52,013 bases of DNA from Patellaria atrata CBS 101060 (taxonomy: Eukaryota): positions 480,031-532,043 of the forward strand of contig MU006107.1 of the NCBI GenBank assembly GCA_010093705.1, written 5' to 3'. Below are positions 1-14,368 of the stretch, piece after piece; position 1 is the first letter of the stretch, and the number at the start of each line of letters is the position of its first letter. A model generated the notes under the pieces. That model saw nothing but the letters and a program-made list of their open reading frames with translations, searched no databases and had not been told where the DNA came from. A program made the position numbers and the translations under genes.

Positions 1-810
1 GAACAGTCAAAACAGTAGGGGCTCCTCCGCGCCAACAAAACCGAAACTCCCTGCCACAACTACGGACAGGAACTGCAAACCCCCATTGGAGATTATCCAA
101 TTGTTAAGGGCGTACCGAAAAAGACTATTGAGAACTTTGATGCGGTCGCCTGCACTACATCAACGGTACGAAATGATGCCGCAAAGTATGCTACAAGTAC
201 AATTAGCCGACTTAATAAAGAGCTCATGCCTTATATCCACGATAAATGCGGTAACAGACAAAAGTGTCAAGGACCATGATCGAAAGTACTATAGAATAAG
301 ACGCTGAAGCCACATATTCCAGGAAATTGCCCCGGACATCGGCTTCATACTGGGTATAAAGGTAAAAATAAGGTATAGGAAAAGGCGGGCACAAAAATGA
401 TGTTAGAGAAAGAAGAGTCCGGATATGAGATTGAAGCGACCCGAAACAAGATACAGAGAAGATCAATCTGGAATTCCCCGTTCTGAGATTCTGTTAAATT
501 CTAATAGAAAGTGCAGAATGATATATAGTGTCCCAAAGTTCGAATGTGGTAAAAAAATATAGTCATCGAGAGGAAAAGGCATGAGGATATAATATCGTGC
601 GATATAAGATCATGTCTAAGGGTGCGTAAGCGCGGTCCAAGCGTTTAATATCCGGACGATAACGATAAATATAAGGAGTGGTGCATGCACCTCGTTGAAT
701 TTAACCAGAATTTGACATTTCAGAAAATCCTAGTATGACGGCTCAAAACTTGTGTAAAAACGGTGGTATCAAGCGTTAAAATCGCACCAACACTCCTCAA
801 CGAATCAGGA

Positions 811-1730
811 CTAGCGTTTTGGCGAAGACGGGGCTGATACCCTTTCAGGAGCTAGCGGTACGTATTGTGCTGTCCCTGGTTGTCGCAACTCCGCTTGGAC
901 CGAATGTGCTTGACCGGTGCGGGTGCTGGTACTGATGTCACCACGATCGTGATGCTGGGCATGCCATTGCTGGCTCTGCTGATCTGGATGTTCCGAGATT
1001 GTATGACTGTATTGTCTGTTCGGATTAGGCTCGTAGCTACCTCTTGTGGAAGTGTCACTGCGAGTTCTAGTGTGTCCCCGTCGTCCCGGCGTTGACGCAG
1101 ATGAGGCGAGTTGAGAAAAGGAGGGAGATGTGTACTGGGGGGTTGAAGTTGGTAATGGAGCGGGTTGATGTGCTCCTTGTGCTTTCCTTTTCTTCGGAGA
1201 GCTGGCGTGTTCTGATTCAAATAGATGAGAAGATGCATGAGGGGAAGATCTCTGCACTGGAGCTTTACCTGAGGGTGTTGCAGGCGGATGATCTTTTGCT
1301 TTCTCCTTCTCGGATGAAGGGGGTACCCAGTGATGAAAATATATGTCTGGTGAAGGCGGATTCGGCTCCTGCGCGGCAGTATGCGTTTGGTGCAAGGGAT
1401 GAACTGCCGGAGGTATAGTTGGGGGTTGGTGGATCTGCATTTCGTTGGTTGTCAGACGCGGGAGCGTTGAGTGGGTTGACTTGGTACCGGAAAGTTGTTG
1501 GCCTACCAGACTAGATGCTCGAGTACGGTTTGCAGGGGACAGAGAGTATGCTGAACTTGCAAATGGGCCTGGTTGAGGAAGTGGAGCTGCCATCTGCTGT
1601 GTCGGAATTAAGGACGTACCGGGGACGGATTGGGGTGATGTCTGTGGACCCCCAAAAGCAGACGACTGGAGTACGTTGGCGATGCGGGATTCTCTCCTCA
1701 TTTCTGGAGATTGAGCTTGGTTGAGCGCCT

Positions 1731-1761
<31 letters not shown>

Positions 1762-2340
1762 AGCTGCCTGAAGTTGAGCGGCATATTGTTGGAGCCATTC
1801 GAGACTGACATTTGCAAGGTTTGCGCCCCCGATTCCAGCGAAAATCATCGGCACAAGGTGTGGCGGAACGCCGCCCTGCATCGATTCCCTTAACATTGCT
1901 TGCTCAATCCTCCGTTGCTCTAGCCGATACGACTCCTGCTGCGTCCTCAGATCTTCTTGCTTCATTTTCAGATCTTCTTGCCGCGTCTTTTCTTCCTCTT
2001 GCTTCCTCTTCTCTTCCTCAGCTTTAGCAGCAAGCCAATTACGCATGCCGTCCTCGGCACCTTGCCACTGCGTAGGTGGAGCAGGCAGCTGACTCAAACC
2101 CGTTGGTATGGGCGGTGGTCCTCGACCTCCAGGATCTGGCAAGGTCATCGCCGCCGGCGGCGGGAGACCTCTATGAGGCGTGCTCATCTTGATAGAGGTA
2201 CTGGCCGGCAGTGATAGGACAGATCCGCCGTTCAACCTCGGGGGGAAAATCTTTGGTGAAGAGGAGAACGGCGGCGAGAATTCATGTGGAGACTTGAAAT
2301 CAAATTCTAATTTTGCTGGGTTGGAAAGTGTGAGCAACAT
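811..2340 (-). CDS. Conserved fungal Pro/Gln/Ser-rich hypothetical protein with a coiled-coil block and polyQ tract
   Basis: 509-aa ORF; ordered block MRNWLAAKAEEEKRKQEEEKTRQE...LEQRRIEQAMLRESMQGGVPPHLVPMIFAGIGG in otherwise low-complexity sequence; polyQ about 1727-1765. The real start may be the downstream ATG (MSTPHRGLPPP). Confidence 0.75.
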
Positions 2341-5300
2341 GAGTGCTAACTAATTGTTAAAGTCAAATGGAAGATAGACTATAATACATCGGAATAGTAT
2401 GAGAGGTGGCTAGGAAGGGGAAGGGAATGGGATTGGGATTGGATAGAACAGGTAGGTCTGGTTGGCAGGCATAAGATGGGGGGAAGAAAGAGGATATGGG
2501 GACATACATAAGAGAAGCTCTATATGGAGCAAGGCACCGGGAAGGAGACTAAATACGGCCAAATACGGCACAGACCGTTACCGTCAGAAGTGGATGATAC
2601 AAGTAGGTAGTTGCTGCAATCCGCCTAGATATCTAGGAAGCAGGGACTTGATTCGCCAACAACGTAGGGCTATAGACGAAGGAGGGTTGTTGAAAGTGGT
2701 CAACAATAATCCAGCAACCGCCGAGCAGTATCCGCAATAATGAAAAAGGTCGCCTAGAGAAGAAGTGGTCGCGTGGGGCAAAGATGATCAAGGACGATCA
2801 ACGGGGTCTGGAATGGCGAAGGAAGGAAGGAAATAGAAGTGAAAAGGTAACGATTGTACAAGAGAACGTATGTATTCGGTTCGGGTTGACAGCTTTCAGG
2901 GCATGTGGGCAAGAGTGAGCGAAAGTAACAGGTACCTCATCGTATGCAGGCACGGCCAGCGGTACGAAGAGGACTAGAAGAGGCGTCAAAAAATTCCTTG
3001 TTACCTAGACAAGTTGGAAAAAAGAATGATCGACGTATGAAATGGAAAAGATGATAGAAGGAAGAAAAAGATGGATGAACGTGGGGAGGGGAGTTTTGGG
3101 AATTTGGAGGTCTGTGAGAAAGCCCGGATGGAAGATTTCCAGGGAAGACCCCTCTAAAAGTCTCTTGTCAGCAACTATTTCCCATATTCCCTACTTACTA
3201 CAACGGAGTAGGTAACTTACGGAAATACCGAAGGTACTTGCTAACTGCTGGGGAGAAAAAGGTACAAAACCTGTCTAACAACTACCTAGGAAAGGCGGAT
3301 CAAGGCCAAAAGGTTCATAATGGGGCCTCATGGTTTTGCTGGGGCTGGACTCAAACTGTGGCGTAGCAGTAGAGACACGGCTGGATCGAGTAGACCAGAA
3401 TTAACTAGTACCGACCTAGAACTATTTTAGTATAGTAACAGCTACCTTATTACTTATTACAGTACAGTAACGTACCTTTAAGCCCAGGTACTGACGGGAG
3501 GTGACGGTAAGATACTCCGACTACTGGGTGCTAGCTGGGTGTTAGCTGGGTGTTAGCGGGGCATAGAAGTCGAATGACTTCAGGACCGGAAGAAACATCC
3601 TTTCTCGTTCATCTCTCATACAGTTATCATCACCCCAAGATACAGTACATTTCATCCTTTTGGCTTCTCTCTTCTTATGATCATATCTCCTCGTCATCCC
3701 TTGTGTCAGGAATCATAGCAATTGTAACTCGTCAGTAACTAGTGACTCAGATCTGACCATCTAGATAACTACAGTACTGCCATTACAGTACTTTCGGAGC
3801 TATCTCTTCAACCTCAGCCCACTTTACTAAGTTACCTCGTCTTCTCTCACTTTCCCCCGTCAAGGGCGTCACGGGCGTTAAGGCCTGTTCAAGGACTTGC
3901 GTGATATGGCGGCACCAACTTGGTGGGACCAGCCAAGCAAAAGTCCGCAAAAGCCTGAAAGGATGCCCTATCAAATCCCATTATTCCATCGTCTGATTTA
4001 TACGGATTATTGTACGGATTGCACCGAGGGCAATGTTCGACAAGTTGTCCCGTTACGTCAACGCGTCCTTTGTTGAACCGCCGCTTCACCAGAGTGTTCA
4101 ACGTGTCTAACAATTCCCAAGTCGTGAGACTTATCACCGACGTTGTTAGAGGGTGGCATATCCTGAATCGAAGGGGATTGTCCAAGAAGGGTACGGTACT
4201 GTAATAACCGTTTCCGATCATCGTTGCCTGAAGTAGAACTCTTCGCCGATTTGCTACAACTTTTGCTACATCAGTATACAGGTTCCCCCCCCCCTCCCCC
4301 ACTTCAGAACTGTCACAGCCACTACCTGACTGGCATACAACCAGCTAATCGAGATACTTGCTTCAAGCCTTCAAACCTTCAAGGTCGTCGCATTTTACTC
4401 GCAGTGTACGACCGTTGGCGCTACTTGCAGCATGGCATCGTGTATCAGCGGGCTCAATAGCATCCTACGATGTTGTACGGTACCGTCGGTACAGTAATAA
4501 TAGACTTGTATGTACAGAGGTACAAGAACAGGTATCGTATCACTCTTGCTTACTGTAAACTGTAGGATTGGTGCCCTGGAGCCTAATGTGAATTATGTGA
4601 TGATATCACCCCGTGTTAATCGTCCGTAATTGTATTTATCCTAGCTGAATCTGGGAAGATGTTCACAACTTTTGTTTTGTTGCTTCAGGTCGGGTAGCAA
4701 TATAAGGTAATAGATAATATACCCAGGTACATCCATAAAGTAAGGTACCATGGGAGATACGGTAGCTTTCTGGTAATATAAGTTTCCTTTTGAATTAAGG
4801 CTCAGGTTGAGAAGGCCCCACTTTTTAAACGTTCCCGCCTGTGGCTGTTTCCGTTTCTTTGCGGCGCTCGACCTCTCGTGGAGTCGTGGGATTTTACAGC
4901 TTACCTTACCTTATCCTTTAAGGAAAAAAAAAAAATAAAAAATAAAAAATAAAAAACTCAAGGTAAGGGATTTAAGGGTGAGCACGTTGACCGGGGCCCT
5001 AGTACAATTAGCCGCAAATTCGAGACCCAGCCCAGCGAAACAGCCTTCCCGTCACTCCGTGCCCTGGACTGCCCTCCAACCTGGTCTTCAGTTCGCTGTG
5101 CATCAGGACTTGCAGGCAGGCCGACGCTTGAGCCGCCGTTAACGTCCGGCAGGAAGCGAAATCAATCTTCAAAAGTCTAAAGCACAAGCCTCGAAACCGT
5201 ATTCCGCAAGCCGCACGGAGTATTCCATCATTTCCCTGATCCTCATCTCGATCGGGCGGTACCGCGGTAGGGGAAATCGTGAATGTGCACTATGGAACCT

Positions 5301-7529
5301 TGACGTGCTTTCTTTTAGAGAGATGAAGGAGCATGTTGACTGTTTGAACTAGTTTTGCCCCAATTCCCTAAATGGGGTTCCATGAATGAACCACAGATTA
5401 CTTTCGGATGACTTTGCATATACTCGAAAACCTGAAACATGTAATCCATGTCTTGGATAGTCCTTTTCTATTCTATCTGCGTGAGCCACGGATGCTAAGA
5501 TATGGTCCTGAACAGTACTTCGTAAGTGAGGATGCATCCAGGGCGGCAGCTGGAACAACGATGCCAGAACTACCTACGAAGGATCACAAGATCATAAGCT
5601 CAGTAATAGTGACAGGTAGATCGTAGAATCAGGCAAAGTTGCTGTTTCCGAACCGTCTTGCTTAACGAAAGGCTAACAAATTCGTCTCAAAGCACTTCGC
5701 CGTAGCGGGTGATAGGTTGACAACTTACCATATCGAGCTGTTCAGCCCAGACAGTGAGACAGTGGTATTCTGCTGATCTGGCGATCAGTTTAGATGACAT
5801 CGGATGCGGGGTAGTAAATCAGAATACTGCTACTCTGTACTTCTGAGGCTGATACGGTATCGTACAGAGACATAAGAAAAGACATTCTTCATATTGCTCG
5901 TACTATATAGGACTACCAAAATATGTCAACCTTTGTCATTTGTAGTCAAGCGCCCTAAAATCAACTAGAAAGCGAAAAAGGAAAGTCTGAAAAGGTCTCT
6001 AAGGGGTCTAAAGTGTCGGAGGGGAGTCCAATAAGGTATCTGCAAGGTAATTCTTGACTAAGTCTGAACTCGTCGCTTTCAATTCCTCTGGATTTGTTCC
6101 GACATCAGAAGTATAACCGTAGAACGATTGTGAATAATTCGGGTTGCGCAATCACCGAGAGCCTGGCGCAAGACCTCACAATCATGAAGGAGAATTTTCC
6201 CGTCTGCAACCACAGTGCACACCTGCACGAGGCTGAGTTTTCCCCGACAATTTCACGCCTCATGACAGGACTCTTGCAGTTCCTGTTCGGGTAGAAAGAT
6301 CAAGGTGAAACTGTGGCGCTCGAAACCTGGCGGGGGGGATCTCTTGAACGAAATTTGATTTCTTGCAAGAAATCAACAAGTCTTGTCAGCCACTCAAGCC
6401 CTTTTCGATCCAAACCTGGAATTACTTTGAAAATATGCTGCTGTGGCGGTGAAGTCTTCTATCCGCTTAAGGCTATTCTGCTATCTTAACAGCCCGAGGG
6501 CTATAACCGCGCCCCATCTTGTCCACCTCGCCGTATGACCATCCGTCGGGTCCAAGGATCCAGTGTTGAAAGACTGCAAGACATGCAGCATGTGATAGTT
6601 GTAGATCTTCGTCGTCTCGTGTTAGAACTACGGAGTATGCTGTCCTGTTACTTCTCGGCCGTGCACCAATAAGGATGATGACATAATTTGCACATCGCTG
6701 CCATTTCAATGGATATGCATATCGCGTCACTTCAATACAAAGCTTTGACTTGTTTCCAGGTGACGACTAGAACTAGAGGTATTGCCGAGGGTGTGCTGAC
6801 GACGATGGGTATGTAAGATCGGGAAATTTAAGGCAGATTCCCGGACGGGCGAGTCTTAAAACCTGCTGGATGTACAGTGACTGTATGTTGTTAACCTGTT
6901 ATGACTTAAAGGTATGAGCCTGTTTGACTGTGGAGCGGCTGAACAAGTCTCGCCTATGCATGGAGACGTGATTTGGATCGTGCATAAGATTGCGACGTCC
7001 GGTCTTCTGTACAAACTGTACGTAGGACATTCAAAGACGAATAATAAACGCTGATGCACGGAGGGATAATTGTTGAAGTTGACTTCTAGCTCTTACCTGA
7101 TGGAGAGGTACTGTACAATAAAATACAGGGTTCTTTTAGAACGGTGCGACGATCACGGATACAATCGCCTTATCTATCGAGGCGCCGATCACTGCTACCG
7201 AGGACTGGGATCCAACGGATAAGCTCTCCAGAGAATGTCAAGTTTAGGAGAGGTAGCGATCGCGTTTAAGTCGGCGAAGTAGGTGATGTACAACCCAGGT
7301 GCATCTAAATAGTACAACTACTTAACGGAAGTCGTATGGAGGATGAACGATGATCTGCGGTAGAGCTCCAAGAGTTCGCTAGAGATGGAAAAATTCAGGC
7401 CCGCGGTTGTATAGTACCTCATAGTATCCGGAGTGATACAGGTCTCTACAGCATCCGATTTGAGGCCTGGGTTATGTTTTATGTGACTTCGGAAGAAAGC
7501 TTGTAGCCCTACTAGGTGATTTAATCAGC

Positions 7530-7557
7530 ATTATTATTATTATTATTATTATTATTA
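7530..7557 (+). repeat. (ATT)n microsatellite, about 9 units
   Basis: attattattattattattattattatta read directly. Confidence 0.9.
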
Positions 7558-8725
7558 CCTTGAGGGAGAAACCAAATTTACGGTCAGCAAGCAGCCTAGA
7601 ATTTCACCTCGGCCCCTCCCGAAACCCTGGGAATAGGTAATGGGAACGAAGGGCGTGTTGGCGCAGTTCGCAAAGACGGTGGTGACATAGTTCTGGGTTC
7701 GGGGAAGCGTGGAAGTATGAGAAACTGGGTCGAAGCGTGCGCCGATCCTCGTGTTGAGGATGATCCCGTCTTTACTCGTTCGCAATGCGGGCCAAACTCA
7801 CCACGTAAATTTGTCTTCTCCACCGTCTCTGATGAATTCCATGATTGCCCACAGTAGCTCTAGTAACGAAGTATTATTGTGTTCTTAACGTTCCGAAAGA
7901 AGCGTTTTGTAAGGTGAATGATGACTGGTGACAATCTAAGACGGGCGGGCTGGGGTGGTGCTGATAGTCCATTCTTGTATTATTAAGATTAAGTTATTGT
8001 AGCATCTTCCCGGCCTCGATGCTCTCCTTCATTATTGTAGAGTACAGCACAGTACAGATATCCTGAGATATCATTACAAAACATCATTATAGCCTCCGTT
8101 TATCCATGCAGTCAATAGAGCGGTAAGAAATTCTTCTACAACGTCATAAGAAATGTGGTATCTTGAAAAGCAGTCCGAAAACGCCTGAGTAAGACTACTG
8201 CATGGAAACTTAAGCGAAGGAGCGCAAGTAGGAAATGGTAGAAGCTTGCTCTGGTCAAACCTAACGAGCAATAATAATAAGCCTTTCGAGAGAAGAAACA
8301 AGGCAGTGGCAAAGTGTAGGCAGACAGAAACAGAATCATTAGAGATGCCGTCGTTTGGAAGAATCCGATAGACAGTTTTGACTTTTGACAGAGAAGAAGT
8401 CGCCAAGGAAGGGGATTTTCTGTTTTGGGCTAACGGAAGGAGCGACGGTCGAAGCCACCCGATAATCGCAAGCCACTGATCTCAGCGATCAGCAAAGCCG
8501 CATCGGTTTCCATTCCACCCTCCAATGCTCTTCTCGAAGTCAGAAAAGAAAACTCTTCGAATGTTCCACGCTTCCAACGCCTCAGTAAGGACAAGTCCTG
8601 TCGGGGTACAGTACAGAACCTCGCTTGCCCTAGGAATTATTGCGAAACAAAAGCAAAGTTTAGGCGAACAGGTGGACGAGGATGAGGATGGGATACACCT
8701 CAGTAAGGTACCTACCTTACGGCAT

Positions 8726-11241
8726 TCATGATGCTCTGATCTTTCTTCTTCGCTCTTTCCACTCCGCTTTCGCCACTCTCATTAGAAGGTCTTCGTCTTT
8801 GATCGGAATCCAGGATGTAAGAACCTTCATAGCGTTCTCAAAGTCTGAATCGAGCAAGATCTCCCTTGTAGCATCTATCAGAGCAGCTGAAGTAGCATGA
8901 AGCACATCGAGATCCGCCTTGAATGAAGAAGAGGGGTTACATGAGTTTGAGCCGTCGCCTAGGAGCATGAAGACGTCCCAAACACGAAGCTGGGCCGGAA
9001 AAGGTATCGAGTAATTGAAAAGAGTTAGGTACCAGCGGGTTCCATATGCGGTGGAAGAAATGTCTAGCTCCTCCTATTTTATCATTGTGTTAGCAAATCT
9101 GACTGAACAAACTCGACCTGCATCGGTCTGTACTGTAGATAAACCAGACCAGCTGAGGGACAATAACAAAATTTCGTGATCGGTGAGTATCATTAGCACT
9201 CACCAGCTGCTTTGCTACATCACGTCCAGCCAACCAATTCTTCTCAAAATCTTCCAAAGCCTCCATGAGACCCCCGAAGCCCGATGCGTAGAGACGATCT
9301 AAACCCCGAAGCTGCCATAGTCTCACAAGCATGACAAACGCATTCTCTTCATCATAATAGCAAAGGAGTGTAGCAGCGAGCGCTGCCATTCCCTGCACGT
9401 AACCGGAGTCAGGTAGATAAATTGATAGCGCGTGCAATACACGAAAGAGCAGGCGTTGACTACACAAACGTTAGCATGACTGAATGGAAGATCGTGTTAT
9501 AAGGAGGATAGCCTTACCCTCCGCGATATCTACGTCTAAACATTATGTGGCTATTAATTGTTCTAGGAACGTCGGTATCAATCTGTCCGTCGTCAGGAGA
9601 GTCCTCATATTGAAGTTTGTAGAATGCCGCGATTAATTCCTCATCGGTCGGGCTATCTTTTGACTTCTTTGCGCTTGCCGAAAGGAATGCGTGCCAGGCC
9701 GATGCCCGCCAACGGTCCGGTATGCCTTTCCATGTTCGAGAAATCAGCTTTGGATCCGTAGTATCAAAGTCAAAGATCATTCCACCACCCTTTGCTGCGC
9801 TTGCTGTTGCACGACCCATTTTCTGCCATTTATCTTCCCTTTCCCATTCTTTCCTTTTCATCTCCAACGCAGCCTTACCGCCCTCTTCCTGCTCTGCAAT
9901 ATCTGCTAGACCAGGGGGTAAAGTAAGCATGTCACTAGCTTCATCCATTAATCTACGACTACGGTTGTGTGGCAGTTTATTTGACGCGTGACGGATACGA
10001 CTCATGTTGGAAGACGCATTACTTCGAAACGAGTAAAGTGACCCTGCTGGCCTGGATAAGCGTCGTGAAGTAGTGTCTGGCCTTGCATGACCTCCAGGAG
10101 TCCTTGCGGAACGAGATGATCTTGTCATCGAAGCGGCACGCCTTATGGTGCGTCTTCTCCTTGGGCTATCGGAGACAAGTTGGAGGGCGGTGGAGACTCT
10201 TTGAAGTGGAGGTGTGTCGGAGAAATTCGATGAACCTCTTGATGTAACCTTCCTGGGTACGATAAAGCCGTAGCGATCAACTTCCTTTCCATTAACATCT
10301 TCCCAATCTTCAATACCACCAGCTGTTTCAGTTGGCTCTTTCAGAATCAAACTCTCCCTCTTACTAGTAGTGACACTCGGAGTGTGGTGGAAGTTCTCAC
10401 TGCTAGGATTCATTTCAGCAGTTAAGGACGTGTTGTGAATTGGAGGATTGCGAGTCGTGTCTTCTTCAATGACCGTTCGACTGAGAGATGACGTCCTGAA
10501 TGAACTCTCTTCATCGTCCAAGTCCCCTGCTTTTTCATCTCCGTGTTCGTACATCAGACGGACTTTCCTTGACGTAAGTACTTCATACGCAGACAGCACG
10601 CGCGAGTTATTGACTCCTGTAGACCTTGATGGAGGTAGAACTACGAGACCATCCTTTGGACTTGGTTTGGACATGTGTTTATAACGGGTTACCTTCTCAC
10701 CTCCTAGAAACATGCTACCCCTCTTCGAGAATTCTATCTTCTCCGGTGAGCTAATCTCATCAAAGCTACCAGTAGGTATTGTTGTCGTGATACCCTTGAA
10801 CTCTCCAGTGTGCTCATCGAATAAAGACCGCCCTACTTCCGTTTCTGAGACAGACCGTAATTGCGCCGCTGCAGTATCAAATGTTGATGAACCTGGTTGA
10901 GATGCGTCTTGGACTATAATAGTGGGCAGACTTGGAGGTTTTCTTAAACCTAGGGATGATTCAATAGTTCCGGCCGTAGATGCGGCAAACGCTGAATCTC
11001 TCTTCGCTTCTTCTCCAGATAGATGAGATGTTGTACCAAATGACGGTGTCTTCGGTTCTGCAGATGTTCTTGGTCTTCGAACAGAACTAAACCACGCTCG
11101 TAGGCCCGACGAGGGTTGTCGCGAAGGGGATGTTAATGTGGACGACAAAGGTTGGCCTTGACTCGCCGCGCGCAAGTTGGGTCTGTCATCGGTGGCCATG
11201 GAACTGTGCTCTTCATCTTTCATTGTCCTCCGACTGGACAT
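8726..11241 (-). CDS. TBC-domain Rab GTPase-activating protein, 3 exons (about 11241-9518, 9459-9204, 9073-8726)
   Basis: TBC motifs WKGIPDRWR, QIDTDVPRT (IxxDxxR), GYVQGM (YxQ) and RVWDVF; GT..AG introns 9517-9460 and 9203-9074 with GCTAAC branch sites join the ORFs in frame. Start codon uncertain (11241 or 11223). Confidence 0.9.
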
Positions 11242-12570
11242 AAACCTGACTAGGGATGAACGCAAAACCAGGGTCTAAAGTTGGGTAGGAAGATGGTTAG
11301 GGATTGCGGTGGATAAGGAGGATATTTACGTCGCGTGCAAACCAACGCGGGCGTACTGAAACCATGGGGACTTGTGACAGAGGCTAGAATGCTTTTTGGT
11401 ACGATTAGCTACCCAAAAGTTTCCAGCGGTAAGGTTGATATTTGAACAAGTCAATGAACTAAGGTACTGTAGTAAATTTGTTAGAGGGGAAATGGTGTTG
11501 GTTGGTACGCGGTTTCGTTCGTTTCAGGGTGCGGCTCCCTTTCGCGAGGATCACAACTGGAACGGCTATCGCACTCGTCTACTGCACATTATCACCAGGG
11601 GTTACAATTATTTTAAAACTAGAGCTCAAAATCATACTACAGTACTCCGTACATAACCCTAAAGTATCCGAAGTATAAAACCTTTATGGCTACTACAGTA
11701 TCTATGCTCCATGATTCCACTTATTTGTCTATGCAATATAGATTAAGAGAGTACAAGTAAAGGGGACTCTAAAAAAGGGGCATATTAGAAATATTCCATT
11801 TGAACCGGAGAGAGATTAAGCGGCGAATATCTAATTAACGTTCATGTCCGGAGTACTCGTTCTGTTTTATGGTTAGGCAGTCCATCAGCAGCGGGCTCTT
11901 CACATGAGGTGCTTGAAGACATGTACTTCAATAATCGTAAGGCATCCGATATCTTCGGTCATTCATGATTTCAAAGTGCAAATCGTTGCTACTCCCAGTT
12001 GGTTCATTGAAGTTGGACTACGACGAGACAACAGTTATGTCCAGAGGATTTACGGCTCTGGCTACGGATCTGAAGTTAGCTATCCATGTTCCCGTAGCGA
12101 ATCGTGTCTATAGATAGGTTTAAATTTTGCTTAAGAGGAAGATCTAAAGGAAGAAATGTGAATAGATGCCTGTATTCAGACTCCGTCATTCATATGACGT
12201 CGACATCTCCGATTGAGCGATAATATTATAGACGAACTGTTTGCTTGATGGAACAGCTAGAAAATGATGGATTTATACGACGAGATTGAAGAACTCTTTA
12301 GATTATAGTCCTCAGAATGATTGTAGGAGCTGATAATACTTGGAGGGAAAAAAAAAGGGGGATTGAGACACTTTAGTGTGCGGGTATTAAAGACGTTGCT
12401 ACACTCGAAGGGAACTGCAAGAGGAGAGGTGGTAGGAGGTATAAGAATGGTGCCTTCGCAAACACGCTGCAGTAGGATTTTCGAAGAACTTCTCAGTTGG
12501 AAGGCATCCCGTAGGAAATTCACAATGTTTATTCAACATATAACACGGGTTTACCATTCCAAATACGGGA

Positions 12571-13996
12571 TCATTCCTCAATACGTTTACTCCAGGGAGG
12601 TTCGCCGTCATCGTCAAATTCAGCCCATTTGAAGAAACCACACCTAATTAGAGTAAGTGAATAGTTCATTACCAAAGGCATAACTTACCCTTCTTTTCCA
12701 GGGGCGTAATTCACATGACACATCCACATATACCTTCCTCGGCTCTCTCTCTTTTTCTGTACGCACCTAAGGACTGTAGGTACCCCACATTTGCATTTGG
12801 GTGTAAATCGAGGATGCAAGCTCTCCTTGTAGCATCGGTATGTAACGTTGAGTCGCTTGTTCTCGGAGATTGGATGAGGATCTATCGCTTGGGCGGGGGC
12901 AATACTATGTTTCCAGTCTTCCTGCATTTCTGCGTGCATTACAAGTAATGAGTTATGTGGTAAGTGGATTGATATTTGACCCTCTACGTCCGCACGATCG
13001 CTCGCAACGTTTTTTTCTTTGAGGTCTTGTTCTCCTCTTCCGACTACTTTACGGATGCGAAATTCTCGAGAAACTCCTAGGCTTAGACTACCTATCACGG
13101 CGCGAGGACCAAGGTACGTTAGTTGATCAGAATGGTATCCAACGCTATCCAGGGTTTTGATTAGTCTTAGTTGAGATTCAACCTTTAATAAGAATGACGT
13201 TACCTCTCAGTTCCGCCATCATAACAGTTTACAAATGCAGCATTGGGGATCCACTCTTTTGGTGACTGGTATTTCAGCTTTTTTCTGCCTGGGTAATATT
13301 CCTGTATACGACGCTGAACTTCGGCGTTCACTGTAGTCTGCACCCTCCTAGAGACTCTTCTCAGTTCAGGGGTCGTCCTACGGACGTCCTGATGAAGGGT
13401 TAGCCTAGCAGATATAATGAATATCGAGATCATACCTTCAAATAACTTCCGTTATAAACATAATCGGTCTTTTGTGCTTCAGCCTCATCTAGCGTATTGA
13501 CATAAAAGCAAGTCGTATGTGGGCTCTGCACAATGTTATTAAATAACTTGAAAGTCTCCCGCGTGTAAGTCGAGGATTCTGCTAACAGCTCCCGTAACAA
13601 TGCGTCAGCTTCATCTGATGGTAGGAAATTATGAATGATAGAACACGGCGTATGAGCCTTGATGTCATCTGGTGCGTACAAATGCAGTGTTTTTCCCTTT
13701 CTAGTCAGTGCTTTCTTAACTCTAGGTTCAGTAGATGGCTCGAAAGCTCTCTTAATTTGATAGCACGACAAGGAAGCTTGATAACCATTGCCGACAGCTC
13801 TTCGTTTCTTAGAAGAGACGGCAGCGGTTGGACAGGACAAATTCTTAGTGGCATCTTCAACGGAGCCTTGGGCAATTAAGAGGGCTTCGAGAAGAACCTC
13901 CTGACGGATACCAGGGTTAAGGGATTCCAGCAATGCCAACTTGAAATCTGTACATTCATCATCCTCAGTTGTAGTTCCAACATTTTTTCCCAACAT
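12571..13996 (-). CDS. AlkB-family 2OG-Fe(II) dioxygenase with CUE-like N-terminus and C-terminal GRF zinc finger, 4 exons
   Basis: NAAFVNCYDG..., VGYHSDQLTYLG (HxD), IGSLSLG, LLVMHAEMQEDWKHSI, RLNVTYR; C-terminal CKCG...YMWMC...CGFFKWAEFDDDGEPPW* after a last intron. Confidence 0.88.
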
Positions 13997-14142
13997 GATA
14001 TTTTACTTTACGGTTTGGATACGATAGGGGTGTAGTCTATGGATTGATAAGATCTGATGGGAGGTGGTCGGGTGTGGAAGAGAGTTTTATTACCGTATAT
14101 AACCCAAGTCAACCTTTCTTAGTAATGACTTAAAAACTCAAA

Positions 14143-14148
14143 CCTCGG
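14143..14148 (+). promoter_or_regulatory. CCTCGG, candidate FarA/FarB (Ctf1) fatty-acid/peroxisome response core upstream of PEX7
   Basis: CCTCGG about 225 nt upstream of the PEX7 ATG in the short divergent intergenic region; this core is known from peroxisomal gene promoters in Aspergillus. Hexamer match only. Confidence 0.4.
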
Positions 14149-14368
14149 CATCAGGTCGGCATCGGACGAACATGTCTTTTAATGTATAAAAGTATGTCTT
14201 CAAACTTTCAGTAGACGTTTTCCTACCATGCAATAATGGTGGCGCAAAGGCAAACACTGAAGGAGTCATGAAACACCATTCCTATAACCACCATCCACCG
14301 TCCTCATCGCCTTTGATCATCACTCCCAAGTTACTGTGGTCGATGGTGGGGTAGCTGCTATCAACATC

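Noticed and set aside
852..2214. Short overlapping ORFs, including the poly-Leu ORF 1711-1893
   Set aside because: Alternative-frame or antisense shadows of the 811-2340 gene and its polyQ tract.
9074..9203. Intronic snoRNA in the longer TBC intron (also considered for 19020-19203)
   Set aside because: No convincing paired C (RUGAUGA) and D (CUGA) boxes with a terminal stem.
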